A DNA stretch of 64,000 nucleotides from Mustelus asterias (lineage: Eukaryota), in assembly GCF_964213995.1 (NCBI RefSeq), contig NW_027590123.1:1984001-2048000 (forward strand), in the 5' to 3' direction. The stretch's first letter is position 1. Each line of letters begins with the position of its first letter. The notes under the pieces are model-generated. The model was not told where the DNA came from. It did not search any database and saw only the letters and a program-made list of their open reading frames with translations. A program made the translations under genes and the position numbers. Positions 10,113-21,384 of the stretch are shown piece by piece.

Positions 10113-13100
10113 TCAAATTAAAATGTGATTATTAGGGTCAATAATGCACCCCAACCCCTGCGGTGCCCAGCGGGCGCGGAAAGCGTCAGCCTCGCCCGTG
10201 GACACCGCATGCTCCCTCTCCAGGGACACCTGGCCGCGAACGTAGCCGCGGTAGAGGGGAAGACAGTCAGGATGGACGGCCCCCTCGATCGCCCGCTGCC
10301 TGGACCGGTAAATGGCGCGTTTCACCAGGCCCAGGAGCAGGTTCACGAGGAGGTCGCCATCCCGACCCTCCCCTCTCCGCACCGGGTGTCCGTAGATCAG
10401 GAGCGTGGGACTGAAGTGCAAACAAAACATCAATAAAAGGTTCTTCAGGAAAACATAAAGGGAGTGCAGCCTAAGACACTCAACATAGACATGGTCCACG
10501 GACTCCACAAGGCCACAGAAAGGGCAGTCTTCGGAGCCCGTGAACCAGTGAATCCTACGGTTGTGCGGAACTGCTGCATGCATCACCCTCCACCCCAGGT
10601 CCCCGACGTAATTGGGGGAGATCCCTCCGTAGAGGGACCTCCAGCGGGGACCTCCGCCGCCCGGCGGCAACAAGGCCCGCCAAGGTGTATCCGGGCGACA
10701 GGCGAGGAGGCAGTAGTGGAAGGTGTGCAGCAGCAGCCCGCACAGGAAACGCCTCCGCGCGGTAGAAAAAGGCACGGAGGGCATTTCCGCGAGGCGGCTC
10801 AGGCTGTGGGGCACCTCACCCAGGGGAGGGGGCTGAGGCTTTGGGCCAATGTGGAATTCCGCCCGAACAGGGGAACGCTCGGGCGGGATCCCACCGCACG
10901 CCTGCGCCGTCTCAAGTTTGCGTGCAGTTTCGGGGCCGAGCACGACCGTCCTAAGGTCTAGGATGGCTTTGGCCGCGCGCCGGACGGACGTCCCCGCGCG
11001 CTCAGCCAGCACGCGGGGACTCATCCAGCCCGCTCCTCTGCCATCGAGCACGTCCCCGATTCTGGTCACCCTGGCGTCCACAGCCCCCCTCTCCGCCAGC
11101 CACCTGAAGTTATACGGCTGGAGGAGCGGATTCCTGAGCAGCGGCTCTCGCACGAGAGCCGCTACTCCTGACGGGGGAGAGCTGCGTCGCGAGGCGACCT
11201 TGTTCCAGACAGTGAGGAGGTCCTGGTAAAAGACGGGCAACTCCTGCAGGGCGGTCGAAGCACGCCCCAGTTCGATATGCAGGAGCTGCACGTCATAATT
11301 GAGGCCGTGCCACTGGCGGAAGAAATACGTCGCCATGGCACACCACTGTGGAGGGGGCTCAACGTAAAGGTACCTCTGCAGGGCCTGGAGGCGGAAGGTC
11401 GCTATCTGAGTGCGGAGGGACACCAGACCTTGTCCGCCCTCCTCAAGCGGGAGATACAGGACCGCAGCAGGGACCCAGTGCAGTCGATTGCCCCAGAAGA
11501 ACCGCACGAGGGTTCTCTGGATATCGGTGACAAAGCCAGGGGGAGGGGTCAAAGGGACCAGCCGGTACCACAGCATGGAGGCGACCAGCTGGTTTATGAC
11601 GCGAGCTCGCGCCCCGTAGGACAGCACTCGGAGCAGTCCTGTCCAGCGACCCAGGCGGGCGGAGACTTTGGCCTCCAGCTCCCGCCAGTTCGCCGGCCAG
11701 GATTCCTCGGCTGGGCAGAGATGGGCCCCCAAGTAGAGGAGGTTGGTCCTGCTCCAGGTGAAAGGCCTGAGCTCCTCCGGAAGGGGGTCCGTCTCCCAAG
11801 GACCGACAAGGAGTCCGGAGCACTTGGCCCAGTTGATCCTGGCGGAGGACGTGGCGGAGTACACCGCCTGGCATTCTCGCATCCTCCGCAGGTCAGCCGG
11901 GTCCGTGAACATGAGGAGCACGTCGTCGGCGTAAGCTGACAGGACCACCCCTACGTCCGGTCCGCGCAGGACCAAACCTGACAACCTCCTCCGCAAGAGG
12001 CGCAGGAATGGCTCCACGCATACGGAATACAGTTGGCCGGACAAGGGGCAGCCCTGCCGTACTCCTCTCCCGAAGCGAAGGGGCGCCGTCAGGGACCCGT
12101 TAACCTTAATCAGACACTCTGCGGCAGAGTACAGTCATCGGATCCGGGCGACAAAATGCGTCCCGAACCCGAATGCCCGCAGAGTCCCGAGTAAATACTC
12201 GTGCTCCACCCTGTCGAACGCCTTCTCCTGATCTAATGACAAGAAGGCGCCCGACAGACCAGCCCTCTGGGTGTGATGGATTAGGTCCCGGACCAGGTGG
12301 AGATTGTCATGTATGCAACGGCCCGGGACCGTGTAGGACTGGTCAGGGTGGATCAAGTGGTCCAGCACGGATCCAAGGCGTGAAGCCATAGCCCTGGCAA
12401 AGATTTTATAATCCGTGCTGAGGAGGGAGACCGGGCGCCAGTTCTTGAGCAGGTGGAGATCCCCCTTCTTGGGCAGCAGGGCAATGACGGCCCTGCGCCA
12501 CGAAAGGGGCATCTCCCCGGTAGCGACGCTCTCCCCCAGGACCCCCGCGTAGTCGCTCCCCAGGACGTCCCAGAACGCCCTGAAGAACTCTACTGTCAGC
12601 CCGTCCAGCCCAGGGGCCTTGCCCCGGCTGAGGCCATTTAGGGCGCCGGTCAGCTCGGCCATGGTGGTAGGGGCCTCGAGCCTGCCGACGCCCTCCGGGC
12701 TGACCTGCGGCAGGTCCTCCCACAGAAGTCTGCGGGCATCCTCGCTGGACGGATCCGGAGAGAAGAGCGAGGTGTAATACTCGCGGGCAATGGCCCGGAT
12801 GCCCTCCGGATCCGAGACGGGGGAACCGTCGTCGGCCAGCAGCGTAAGGAGCTGCTGACGGTTAGCCCGCCCTCTTTCCAGCGAGTAGAAGAAGGGGGAG
12901 CCGCGGTCCAGGTCCACCTGGAACTGGAGCCGCGACCTCACGTACGCGCCGCGAGACCTGGCAAGCTGCAGGTCCCGCAGCGCGTCCTTCTTCTCCCTGT
13001 ACTCCGAACGCAGGGCCGGGTCCGCGTCAGGCCGACTGAGACGTGCCTCCAGGTCGAGCACCTCCTTCTCCAACTCCTCGAGCCTGGATTTCCGCCTCTT

Positions 13101-14006
13101 TGTCGACCCCCTCGCGTACCCCTGACAGAAGGTACGGACGTGAGTCTTGCCCACATCCCACCAGAGCCTCAAGGAGGGGAAGCCTCCCCGCTTCCTTCTC
13201 CAGCCGGCCCAGAATCGACGGAACGAGTCCAGGAAGCGCTCGTCCTCCAGCAGCGTGTTGTTAAAGTGCCAGTACGCGGACCCCCGCCGGATGCGAGACG
13301 GCGCAAAGTCCGCCCACACCAGGCTGTGGTCCGTGCTCGACACCGGCCGCATGGAGACCGAGGACACGCCGGACACGTGCGCCTTCGAAATGTAAAGGCG
13401 GTCGAGCCTGGACGCTCCGACTCCAGGCCTCACGAAAGTGAAGGCGCTGGAGCCAGGATGGAGATGTCTCCAGACGTCCACCAAGTCGTGGGACCCGATC
13501 AGGTCCCGCAACTTCACCACCGCCGGAGTGCGCAGCCAGGGGCCGGTGCGGTCCCGTGCCTCGAGGATGCAGTTGAAATCTCCCCCGAGGATAATGCATT
13601 CGCCCCCCGCGATGGTGTCGATGTGAGCGGACACTTTCTCGTAGAAAGTCGTTTGCTGCGGTCCGGCGGTCGGGGCGTAGACATTCAGCAAGTGAATGAC
13701 CACGCCCCCCTCACGGACCGTCAAGTGCAGCAACCGGCCTGGCACCGGCTCCTTGACCCCCAAGATCTCCGGCTTATAACGCGGGGCCAACAAGATAGCC
13801 ACCCCGCAAGAAGCGAGCGTGAGGTGGCTCATGTAGACCCCCCCTCGCCACTCCAGGAGCCATTGGGCTTCGTCTCCCGGAACGGTGTGGGTTTCCTGCA
13901 GGAAACACACCGCATACTTCCCGTCACGGAGGACCGAGAAGTTCTGGAACCTGCGGTGTGGCCCACTGCTGCCGTTGATGTTGAGGCTGGCTATGGTCAC
14001 CTTCAT
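10113..14006 (-). pseudogene. Tx1 copy 1 ORF2 with a single in-frame nonsense codon
   Basis: Collinear with the copy 2 ORF2 (1297 aa); TGA at 12135-12137 where copy 2 has TTA (Leu). Confidence 0.9.
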
Positions 14007-14034
14007 GTCAGCAGCTTTGTGCCACCGTCACCAC

Positions 14035-16137
14035 TTAACTAGGTGTGTGGGGGGGCGCTGGCGCAATTCTCACCAGTCCACCCCCCACCTTTTCGAGCCT
14101 GTGGAGGAACCGCAGTACCCAGCGCCGCTCTATTTTCTCCAGGCCCGCGGAGGCATGCGAGCATGCCTTCACGGACCGGACGAGCCGCGCCAGGTCCGGC
14201 CAGCGGCCGAGGGCTAGCCGGATTATGTCGGAGCGACCGGAATGGTTACGGATAAAGACCCTGAGGTCCTTGGAGGGGATGAGGGACGACTCGGTGGGGG
14301 GCACGAGGGAGTCCCCCGCCTCGCTCTGGGCAGACTCTGAAAGTGTCCCCGTGCCCTCCACCGAGCCGCTGACCTCCTCAGGGCGGTCGCCCCTCGACTC
14401 CGAGTCCCCCGCCGCAGGACGTACGGCGGGCGGCACGGAGCCACCAACTAGCCCTAGCCCCTCCCCGATCCCACCCCCAGGATCGGTGGAGGAGGGGTTC
14501 CCCCCGGGCTCACCTTTCCCGGATTGCGGGCCCCCGTGCGACGGCGGCCCAGCCGCCCCCCCCACCCCAGACGCTTGGACACCCCCCAGGTCCGGTGTAT
14601 CCTTCGGACTGAGGTTGGGGATGTCCAGCGTCCAAGGTCGGGACGGAGAGGACGAGTGGATCGTCTCTTCGCCGCCGCCGCACGAGGACATGAACATTGG
14701 AGTGTCGCCCCAGTCCCCCGACAGACTGAAGAAGAACTCCGGGTTGTAACCGGCCGGGTGGAACGGAACCGTGGGGGCCCCGCTGCCACCCGGCCCCGGA
14801 GACTCCTCGCCGGGGGACTGAGGCAACACATGCTTGGATTTACAGGGTGCCTTGCCCCCTTTTTTCTGGGGACAAGGCACAAAGACAGGTGGGGGCACGG
14901 CAGGAGATGACTCACAAGGGGGGAGGGGCACGCAGACCTCGAACTCTACGGTGCCCGAGGGGCCCCGCCTCTTTTTGTTAACCTGCCCTCGGGCAGGCGA
15001 GGCCCCTCGCCCTCCGCCCCTCTTCGCCTTGCCGCGCCCCCCCTGCTCTCCCGTCACTTCCCCCCGAGGTGGCGGCGTCGCCAGTTTTGCCGGCTCGGGG
15101 TCGCTTACCCCCCCATGCTCGGGCCCATGATCCCGGGCGCCGGACCCAGCACTAGGCCCCGGAGAGCCCACGGGCCCGGCAGATGGTGGTGGTGGTGGTG
15201 GTGGGGGGGGGGCGCAGGTGGAGACTGAGGCGGTCCCCGAGCCGGCTGCCGGGGTGGTTGGGGTGTTTTCCCTGGGGGCCGGGGTTCCGGTACCCCCCTT
15301 CTTTTTTGTAGGTCCCTTATGGGCCTTTTGGCCGCGCGGGGGCTCCGCTCCCCCCCCGCCGGCAGCTGAGGTGGCAGCTGCTGCCGGCGTGGCCTCCCCT
15401 CGCGGGGGGGCAGATGGTACTCGCTTGGGGGGAGAGGGGGCTGCGGTGCCAGCTGCGGCCGCCTTGGGTTGGTGGTCGGCGGCCTTGGAGACGGGGCAGT
15501 TTTTTCTCACGTGCCCCGCCTCCTTACAGGCATGGCACCGCACACCGTCCGCGGACCAAAAGACCCGGTACGTGGTCCCCTCGTGGGGGACATTGAAACC
15601 TCCCTCCAGTTCCTCCTCCCGGGCCAGGCGGACAAAAACCTGGCGCCGGAAGGAGTATATGTGGCGGAGGGAGGGGTCCCGAAGGCCGAGCGGGATCGGC
15701 TGCACCCCGGACCTGACCTCCCCCAGTAGATGGAGGTGGGGGAGGAGGAGCTCACTCGGTAGGAAGGGCGGGACGTTCGATATTACTATCTTGTGGGCGG
15801 TGGCCTCCAATGGGTCCACCGCCAGGAACGTCCCGCCCACCGTGAGCCCCTTTTCCAGGGCGAGGCGAACCGCCCGCTCGGCCTTCAGGAAGAATACGGC
15901 CCGGCCGTACATCTTTGAGGCCGCGACAATGGCTGAGGGGCCGACAACCCCAGCCATTGCCTTAACGCAGGCCTCGATAGACATGTCGGGGTGGGCGTAG
16001 CACTTCACCCCGAGCTGCCGCGTGATTAAAGAGAATGGCGGCAGGGCCTTGGGAGCGGCGGGGGCTCTGGCAGCCGCCACGCCCGCATAGGTGGGCCGAG
16101 AAGGCCCTGCCACCGGCGACGCTGGTGATGTCGCCAT
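14035..16137 (-). CDS. Tx1 ORF1 protein (700 aa; RRM-like region, CCHC knuckle, Pro/Gly-rich tail)
   Basis: ISNVPPFLPSE..L, SFRRQVF and CHACKEAGHVRKNC are typical of Tx1 ORF1. Confidence 0.88.
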   Translation of the reverse strand: MATSPASPVAGPSRPTYAGVAAARAPAAPKALPPFSLITRQLGVKCYAHPDMSIEACVKAMAGVVGPSAIVAASKMYGRAVFFLKAERAVRLALEKGLTVGGTFLAVDPLEATAHKIVISNVPPFLPSELLLPHLHLLGEVRSGVQPIPLGLRDPSLRHIYSFRRQVFVRLAREEELEGGFNVPHEGTTYRVFWSADGVRCHACKEAGHVRKNCPVSKAADHQPKAAAAGTAAPSPPKRVPSAPPRGEATPAAAATSAAGGGGAEPPRGQKAHKGPTKKKGGTGTPAPRENTPTTPAAGSGTASVSTCAPPPPPPPPPSAGPVGSPGPSAGSGARDHGPEHGGVSDPEPAKLATPPPRGEVTGEQGGRGKAKRGGGRGASPARGQVNKKRRGPSGTVEFEVCVPLPPCESSPAVPPPVFVPCPQKKGGKAPCKSKHVLPQSPGEESPGPGGSGAPTVPFHPAGYNPEFFFSLSGDWGDTPMFMSSCGGGEETIHSSSPSRPWTLDIPNLSPKDTPDLGGVQASGVGGAAGPPSHGGPQSGKGEPGGNPSSTDPGGGIGEGLGLVGGSVPPAVRPAAGDSESRGDRPEEVSGSVEGTGTLSESAQSEAGDSLVPPTESSLIPSKDLRVFIRNHSGRSDIIRLALGRWPDLARLVRSVKACSHASAGLEKIERRWVLRFLHRLEKVGGGLVRIAPAPPHTPS

Positions 16138-16533
16138 GGTATCAAGGGAGTGCTACACCCACCCCGAGACTGCCCAGATGCACGGCAGGGCGTATATGTG
16201 GAGGGAAAAATAAGGGAGGGTGGGGTCGGTGGGTAGGGGTGTAGGTGTTCTCTCCCCGGAGTGAGAGAGGGAGAGAGGAGGTCGGAGCAGTGGGAGGGAG
16301 ATGAGGCACAAGGCCGGTGCCCCAGTCAGGAGGGAAAAAGGGGAGGGTGCACCAATCTTGGGGGCAGCAGCAGTGGGTAGGGGAATTAGGAAAAAAAGGT
16401 CTTCACCCCCCCACTGCAGATGGAGAAGAGACAGTCCAAACGCCTTCGCCCCCCCCCCCCTTCTCCTCCAGTCACTCCCTGTCCTCTCTTCCTCCCTCCC
16501 CCCGGGGAGAGCGCACCCTCCAGAGGCCGAATG

Positions 16534-17050
16534 GCAGGCAAGCAGGCAGTCAGGCAGTCCAGACGGCAGGTAGGCCAAACGGCAAGCAGGCAGGCAGGCA
16601 GTCCAGACGGCAGGCAGCCCAGACGGCAGGCAGTCCAGACGGCAGGCAGGCAGGTAGGTAAGCAGGCCAGACGGCAGGCAGGCAGGTAAGCAGGCCAGAC
16701 GGCAGGCAGGCAGGTAAGCAGGCCAGACGGCAGGCAGGCAGGTAAGCAGGCCAGACGGCAGGCAGGCAGGTAAGCAGGCCAGACGGCAGGCAGGCAGGTA
16801 AGCAGGCCAGACGGCAGGCAGGCAGGTAAGCAGGCCAGACGACAGGCAGGCAGGTAAGCAGGCCAGACGGCAGGCAGGCAGGTAAGCAGGCCAGACGGCA
16901 GGCAGGCAGGTAAGCAGGCCAGACGGCAGGCAGGCAGGTAAGCAGGCCAGACGGCAGGCAGGCAGGTAAGCAGGCCAGACGGCAGGCAGGCAGGTAAGCA
17001 GGCCAGACGGCAGGCAGGCAGGCAACAGGCAGGCCGGGCAAGGCAGGCAG
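16534..17050. repeat. 28-bp tandem repeat in the Tx1 5' UTR (acggcaggcaggcaggtaagcaggccag), 13 regular units plus degenerate flanks
   Basis: GGTAAG recurs every 28 bp from 16657 to 16993. Confidence 0.95.
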
Positions 17051-17462
17051 CAGCTCACCTCCCTCCTTCCTCCCCGCAGGGAGCGAAAAACAAACAAACC
17101 CAACAAAACAAAAACAAAAACCGGGCGTCTCCGTGAGCAAAAACGAGAAAAAAAATAAAGGTACTCACAAAAAAAGAAAAGAAAACAAACCCACAGTTTC
17201 CGCCCGGCTCCGACCCGGGGCCCCCCGCTACTCGGGCGAACGTGAACTCACCCCACCCCGGAAACAAAGTGCAGGCGCTGCCCCAGAGGAGGCACGTTTC
17301 AGGCCGTCTGAAGCTCAATCTTCATTCAGAGAGACCTCTTTTTAGGTCAGACCAAGTAAACAAACTCAAATTAAATCAGGACAAAGTAAAAGGGGCAGCT
17401 CCCCAAAAAGGAGGGGGGAACAGCCCGAACAGAAATCAAAATGCAAAGGAAACTTAAAAACA

Positions 17463-20400
17463 TCAAATTAAAATGTGATTATTAGGGTCAATAATGCACC
17501 CCAACCCCTGCGGTGCCCAGCAGGCGCGGAAAGCGTCAACCGCGCCCGTGGACACCGCATGCTCCCTCTCCAGGGACACCTGGCCGCGAACGTAGCCGCG
17601 GTAGAGGGGAAGACAGTCAGGATGGACGGCCCCCTCGATCGCCCGCTGCCTGGACCGGTAAATGGCGCGTTTCGCCAGGCCCAGGAGCAGGTTCACGAGG
17701 AGGTCGCCATCCCGACCCTCCCCTCTCCGCACCGGGTGTCCGTAGATCAGGAGCGTGGGACTGAAGTGTAAACAAAACATCAATAAAAGGTTCTTCAGGA
17801 AAACATAAAGGGAGTGCAGCCTAAGACACTCAACATAGACATGGTCCACGGACTCCACAAGGCCACAGAAAGGGCAGTCTTCGGAGCCCGTGAACCAGTG
17901 AATCCTACGGTTGTGCGGAACTGCTGCATGCATCACCCTCCACCCCAGGTCCCCGACGTAATTGGGGGAGATCCCTCCGTAGAGGGACCTCCAGCGGGGA
18001 CCTCCGCCGCCCGGCGGCAACAAGGCCCGCCAAGGTGTATCCGGGCGACAGGCGAGGAGGCGGTAGTGGAGGGTGTGCAGCAGCAGCCCGCACAGGAAAC
18101 GCCTCCGCGCGGTAGAAAAAGGCACGGAGGGCATTTCCGCGAGGCGGCTCAGGCTGTGGGGCACCTCACCCAGGGGAGGGGGCTGAGGCTTTGGGCCAAT
18201 GTGGAATTCCGCCCGAACAGGGGAACGCTCGGGCGGGATCCCACCGCACGCCTGCGCCATCTCAAGTTTGCGTGCAGTTTCGGGGCCGAGCACGACCGTC
18301 CTAAGGTCTAGGATGGCTTTGGCCGCCCGCCGGACGGACGTCCCCGCGCGCTCAGCCAGCACGCGGGGACTCATCCAGCCCGCTCCTCCGCCATCGAGCA
18401 CGTCCCCGATTCTGGTCACCCCGGCGTCCACAGCCCCCCTCTCCGCCAGCCACCTGAAGTTATACGGCTGGAGGAGCGGATTCCTGAGCAGCGGCTCTCG
18501 CACGAGAGCCGCTACTCCTGACGGGGGAGAGCTGCGTCGCGAGGCGACCTTGTTCCAGACAGTGAGGAGGTCCTGGTAAAAGACGGGCAACTCCTGCAGG
18601 GTGGTCGAAGCACGCCCCAGTTCGATATGCAGGAGCTGCACGTCATAATTGAGGCCGTGCCACTGGCGGAAGAAATACGTCGCCATGGCACACCACTGTG
18701 GAGGGGGCTCAACGTAAAGGTACCTCTGCAGGACCTGGAGGCGGAAGGTCGCTATCTGAGTGCGGAGGCACACCAGACCTTGTCCGCCCTCCTCAAGCGG
18801 GAGATACAGGACCGCAGCAGGGACCCAGTGCAGTCGATTGCCCCAGAAGAACCGCACGAGGGTTCTCTGGATATCGGTGACAAAGCCAGGGGGAGGGGTC
18901 AAAGGGACCAGCCGGTACCACAGCATGGAGGCGACCAGCTGGTTTATGACGCGAGCTCGCGCCCCGTAGGACAGCACTCGGAGCAGTCCTGTCCAGCGAC
19001 TCAGGCGGGCGGAGACTTTGGCCTCCAGCTCCCGCCAGTTCGCCGGCCAGGATTCCTCGGCTGGGCAGAGATGGGCCCCCAAGTAGAGGAGGTCGGTCCT
19101 GCTCCAGGTGAAAGGCCTGAGCTCCTCCGGGAGGGGGTCCGTCTCCCAAGGACCGACAAGGAGTCCGGAGCACTTGGCCCAGTTGATCCTGGCGGAGGAC
19201 GCGGCGGAGTACATCGCCTGGCATTCTCGCATCCTCCGCAGGTCAGCTGGGTCCGTGAACATGAGGAGCACGTCGTCGGCGTAAGCTGACAGGACCACCC
19301 CTACGTCCAGTCCGCGCAGGACCAAACCTGACAACCTCCTCCGCAAGAGGCGCAGGAATGGCTCCACGCATACGGAATACAGTTGGCCGGACAAGGGGCA
19401 GCCCTGCCGTACTCCTCTCCCGAAGCGAAGGGGCGCCGTCAGGGACCCGTTAACCTTAATCAGACACTCTGCGGCAGAGTAGAGTAATCGGATCCGGGCG
19501 ACAAAATGCGTCCCGAACCCGAATGCCCGCAGAGTCCCGAGTAAATACTCGTGCTCCACCCTGTCGAACGCCTTCTCCTGATCTAATGACAAGAAGGCGC
19601 CCGACAGACCAGCCCTCTGGGTGTGATGGATTAGGTCCCGGACCAGGTGGAGATTGTCATGTATACAGCGGCCCGGGACCGTGTAGGACTGGTCAGGGTG
19701 GATCAAGTGGTCCAGCACGGATCCAAGGCGTGAAGCCATAGCCCTGGCAAAGATTTTATAATCCGTGCTGAGGAGGGAGACCGGGCGCCAGTTCTTGAGC
19801 AGGTGGAGATCCCCCTTCTTGGGCAGCAGGGCAATGACGGCCCTGCGCCACGAAAGGGGCATCTCCCCGGTAGCGACGCTCTCCCCCAGGACCCCCGCGT
19901 AGTCGCTCCCCAGGATGTCCCAGAACGCCCTGAAGAACTCTACTGTCAGCCCGTCCAGCCCAGGGGCCTTGCCCCGGCTGAGGCCATTTAGGGCGCCGGT
20001 CAGCTCGGCCATGGTGGTAGGGGCCTCGAGCCTGCCGACGCCCTCCGGGCTGACCTGCGGCAGGTCCTCCCACAGAAGTCTGCGGGCATCCTCGCTGGAC
20101 GGATCCGGAGAGAAGAGCGAGGTGTAATACTCCCGGGCAATGGCCCGGATGCCCTCCGGATCCGAGACGGGGGAACCGTCGTCGGCCAGCAGCGTAAGGA
20201 GCTGCTGACGGTTAGCCCGCCCTCTTTCCAGCGAGTAGAAGAAGGGGGAGCCGCGGTCCAGGTCCACCTGGAACTGGAGCCGCGACCTCACGTACGCGCC
20301 GCGAGACCTGGCAAGCTGCAGGTCCCGCAGCGCGTCCTTCTTCTCCCTGTACTCCGAACGCAGGGCCGGGTCCGCGTCAGGCCGACTGAGACGTGCCTCC

Positions 20401-21356
20401 AGGTCGAGCACCTCCTTCTCCAACTCCTCGAGCCTGGATTTCCGCCTCTTTGTCGACCCCCTCGCGTACCCCTGACAGAAGGTACGGACGTGAGTCTTGC
20501 CCACATCCCACCAGAGCCTCAAGGAGGGGAAGCCTCCCCGCTTCCTTCTCCAGCCGGCCCAGAATCGACGGAACGAGTCCAGGAAGCGCTCGTCCTCCAG
20601 CAGCGTGTTGTTAAAGTGCCAGTACGCGGACCCCCGCCGGATGCGAGACGGCGCAAAGTCCGCCCACACCAGGCTGTGGTCCGTGCTCGACACCGGCCGC
20701 ATGGAGACCGAGGACACGCCGGACACGTGCGCCTTCGAAATGTAAAGGCGGTCGAGCCTGGACGCTCCGACTCCAGGCCTCACGAAAGTGAAGGCGCTGG
20801 AGCCAGGATGGAGATGTCTCCAGACGTCCACCAAGTCGTGGGACCCGATCAGGTCCCGCAACTTCACCACCGCCGGAGTGCGCAGCCAGGGGCCGGTGCG
20901 GTCCCGTGCCTCGAGGATGCAGTTGAAATCTCCCCCGAGGATAATGCATTCGCCCCCCGCGATGGTGTCGATGTGAGCGGACACTTTCTCGTAGAAAGTC
21001 GTTTGCTGCGGTCCAGCGGTCGGGGCGTAGACATTCAGCAAGTGAATGACCACGCCCCCCTCACGGACCGTCAAGTGCAGCAACCGGCCTGGCACCGGCT
21101 CCTTGACCCCCAAGATCTCCGGCTTATAACGCGGGGCCAACAAGATAGCCACCCCGCAAGAAGCGAGCGTGAGGTGGCTCATGTAGACCCCCCCTCGCCA
21201 CTCCAGGAGCCATTGGGCTTCGTCTCCCGGAACGGTGTGGGTTTCCTGCAGGAAACACACCGCATACTTCCCGTCACGGAGGACCGAGAAGTTCTGGAAC
21301 CTGCGGTGTGGCCCACTGCTGCCGTTGATGTTGAGGCTGGCTATGGTCACCTTCAT
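17463..21356 (-). CDS. Tx1 ORF2 protein (1297 aa): APE endonuclease, reverse transcriptase, C-terminal Zn motif; intact
   Basis: SLNING, LQETH, GGDFN, SRLD, TDH (APE); NWRPVSLL, LDQEKAFDRV, GVRQGCPLS, YADD (RT); CPFC...H...C. Confidence 0.95.
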   Translation of the reverse strand: MKVTIASLNINGSSGPHRRFQNFSVLRDGKYAVCFLQETHTVPGDEAQWLLEWRGGVYMSHLTLASCGVAILLAPRYKPEILGVKEPVPGRLLHLTVREGGVVIHLLNVYAPTAGPQQTTFYEKVSAHIDTIAGGECIILGGDFNCILEARDRTGPWLRTPAVVKLRDLIGSHDLVDVWRHLHPGSSAFTFVRPGVGASRLDRLYISKAHVSGVSSVSMRPVSSTDHSLVWADFAPSRIRRGSAYWHFNNTLLEDERFLDSFRRFWAGWRRKRGGFPSLRLWWDVGKTHVRTFCQGYARGSTKRRKSRLEELEKEVLDLEARLSRPDADPALRSEYREKKDALRDLQLARSRGAYVRSRLQFQVDLDRGSPFFYSLERGRANRQQLLTLLADDGSPVSDPEGIRAIAREYYTSLFSPDPSSEDARRLLWEDLPQVSPEGVGRLEAPTTMAELTGALNGLSRGKAPGLDGLTVEFFRAFWDILGSDYAGVLGESVATGEMPLSWRRAVIALLPKKGDLHLLKNWRPVSLLSTDYKIFARAMASRLGSVLDHLIHPDQSYTVPGRCIHDNLHLVRDLIHHTQRAGLSGAFLSLDQEKAFDRVEHEYLLGTLRAFGFGTHFVARIRLLYSAAECLIKVNGSLTAPLRFGRGVRQGCPLSGQLYSVCVEPFLRLLRRRLSGLVLRGLDVGVVLSAYADDVLLMFTDPADLRRMRECQAMYSAASSARINWAKCSGLLVGPWETDPLPEELRPFTWSRTDLLYLGAHLCPAEESWPANWRELEAKVSARLSRWTGLLRVLSYGARARVINQLVASMLWYRLVPLTPPPGFVTDIQRTLVRFFWGNRLHWVPAAVLYLPLEEGGQGLVCLRTQIATFRLQVLQRYLYVEPPPQWCAMATYFFRQWHGLNYDVQLLHIELGRASTTLQELPVFYQDLLTVWNKVASRRSSPPSGVAALVREPLLRNPLLQPYNFRWLAERGAVDAGVTRIGDVLDGGGAGWMSPRVLAERAGTSVRRAAKAILDLRTVVLGPETARKLEMAQACGGIPPERSPVRAEFHIGPKPQPPPLGEVPHSLSRLAEMPSVPFSTARRRFLCGLLLHTLHYRLLACRPDTPWRALLPPGGGGPRWRSLYGGISPNYVGDLGWRVMHAAVPHNRRIHWFTGSEDCPFCGLVESVDHVYVECLRLHSLYVFLKNLLLMFCLHFSPTLLIYGHPVRRGEGRDGDLLVNLLLGLAKRAIYRSRQRAIEGAVHPDCLPLYRGYVRGQVSLEREHAVSTGAVDAFRACWAPQGLGCIIDPNNHILI

Positions 21357-21384
21357 GTCAGCAGCTTTGTGCCACCGTCACCAC

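Larger units (their letters stand above)
9987..17334 (-). mobile_element. Tx1-clade non-LTR retrotransposon, copy 1, apparently full length (about 7.35 kb)
   Basis: 5' UTR with tandem repeat, ORF1 with zinc knuckle, ORF2 APE-RT-Zn, and a short 3' UTR without poly(A). Confidence 0.92.

Noticed and set aside
16153-17106. 317-aa Cys/Leu/Pro/Ala-rich ORF upstream of Tx1 ORF1
   Set aside because: It arises from the stop-free 28-bp repeat and lacks a convincing ATG start; no evidence of coding.
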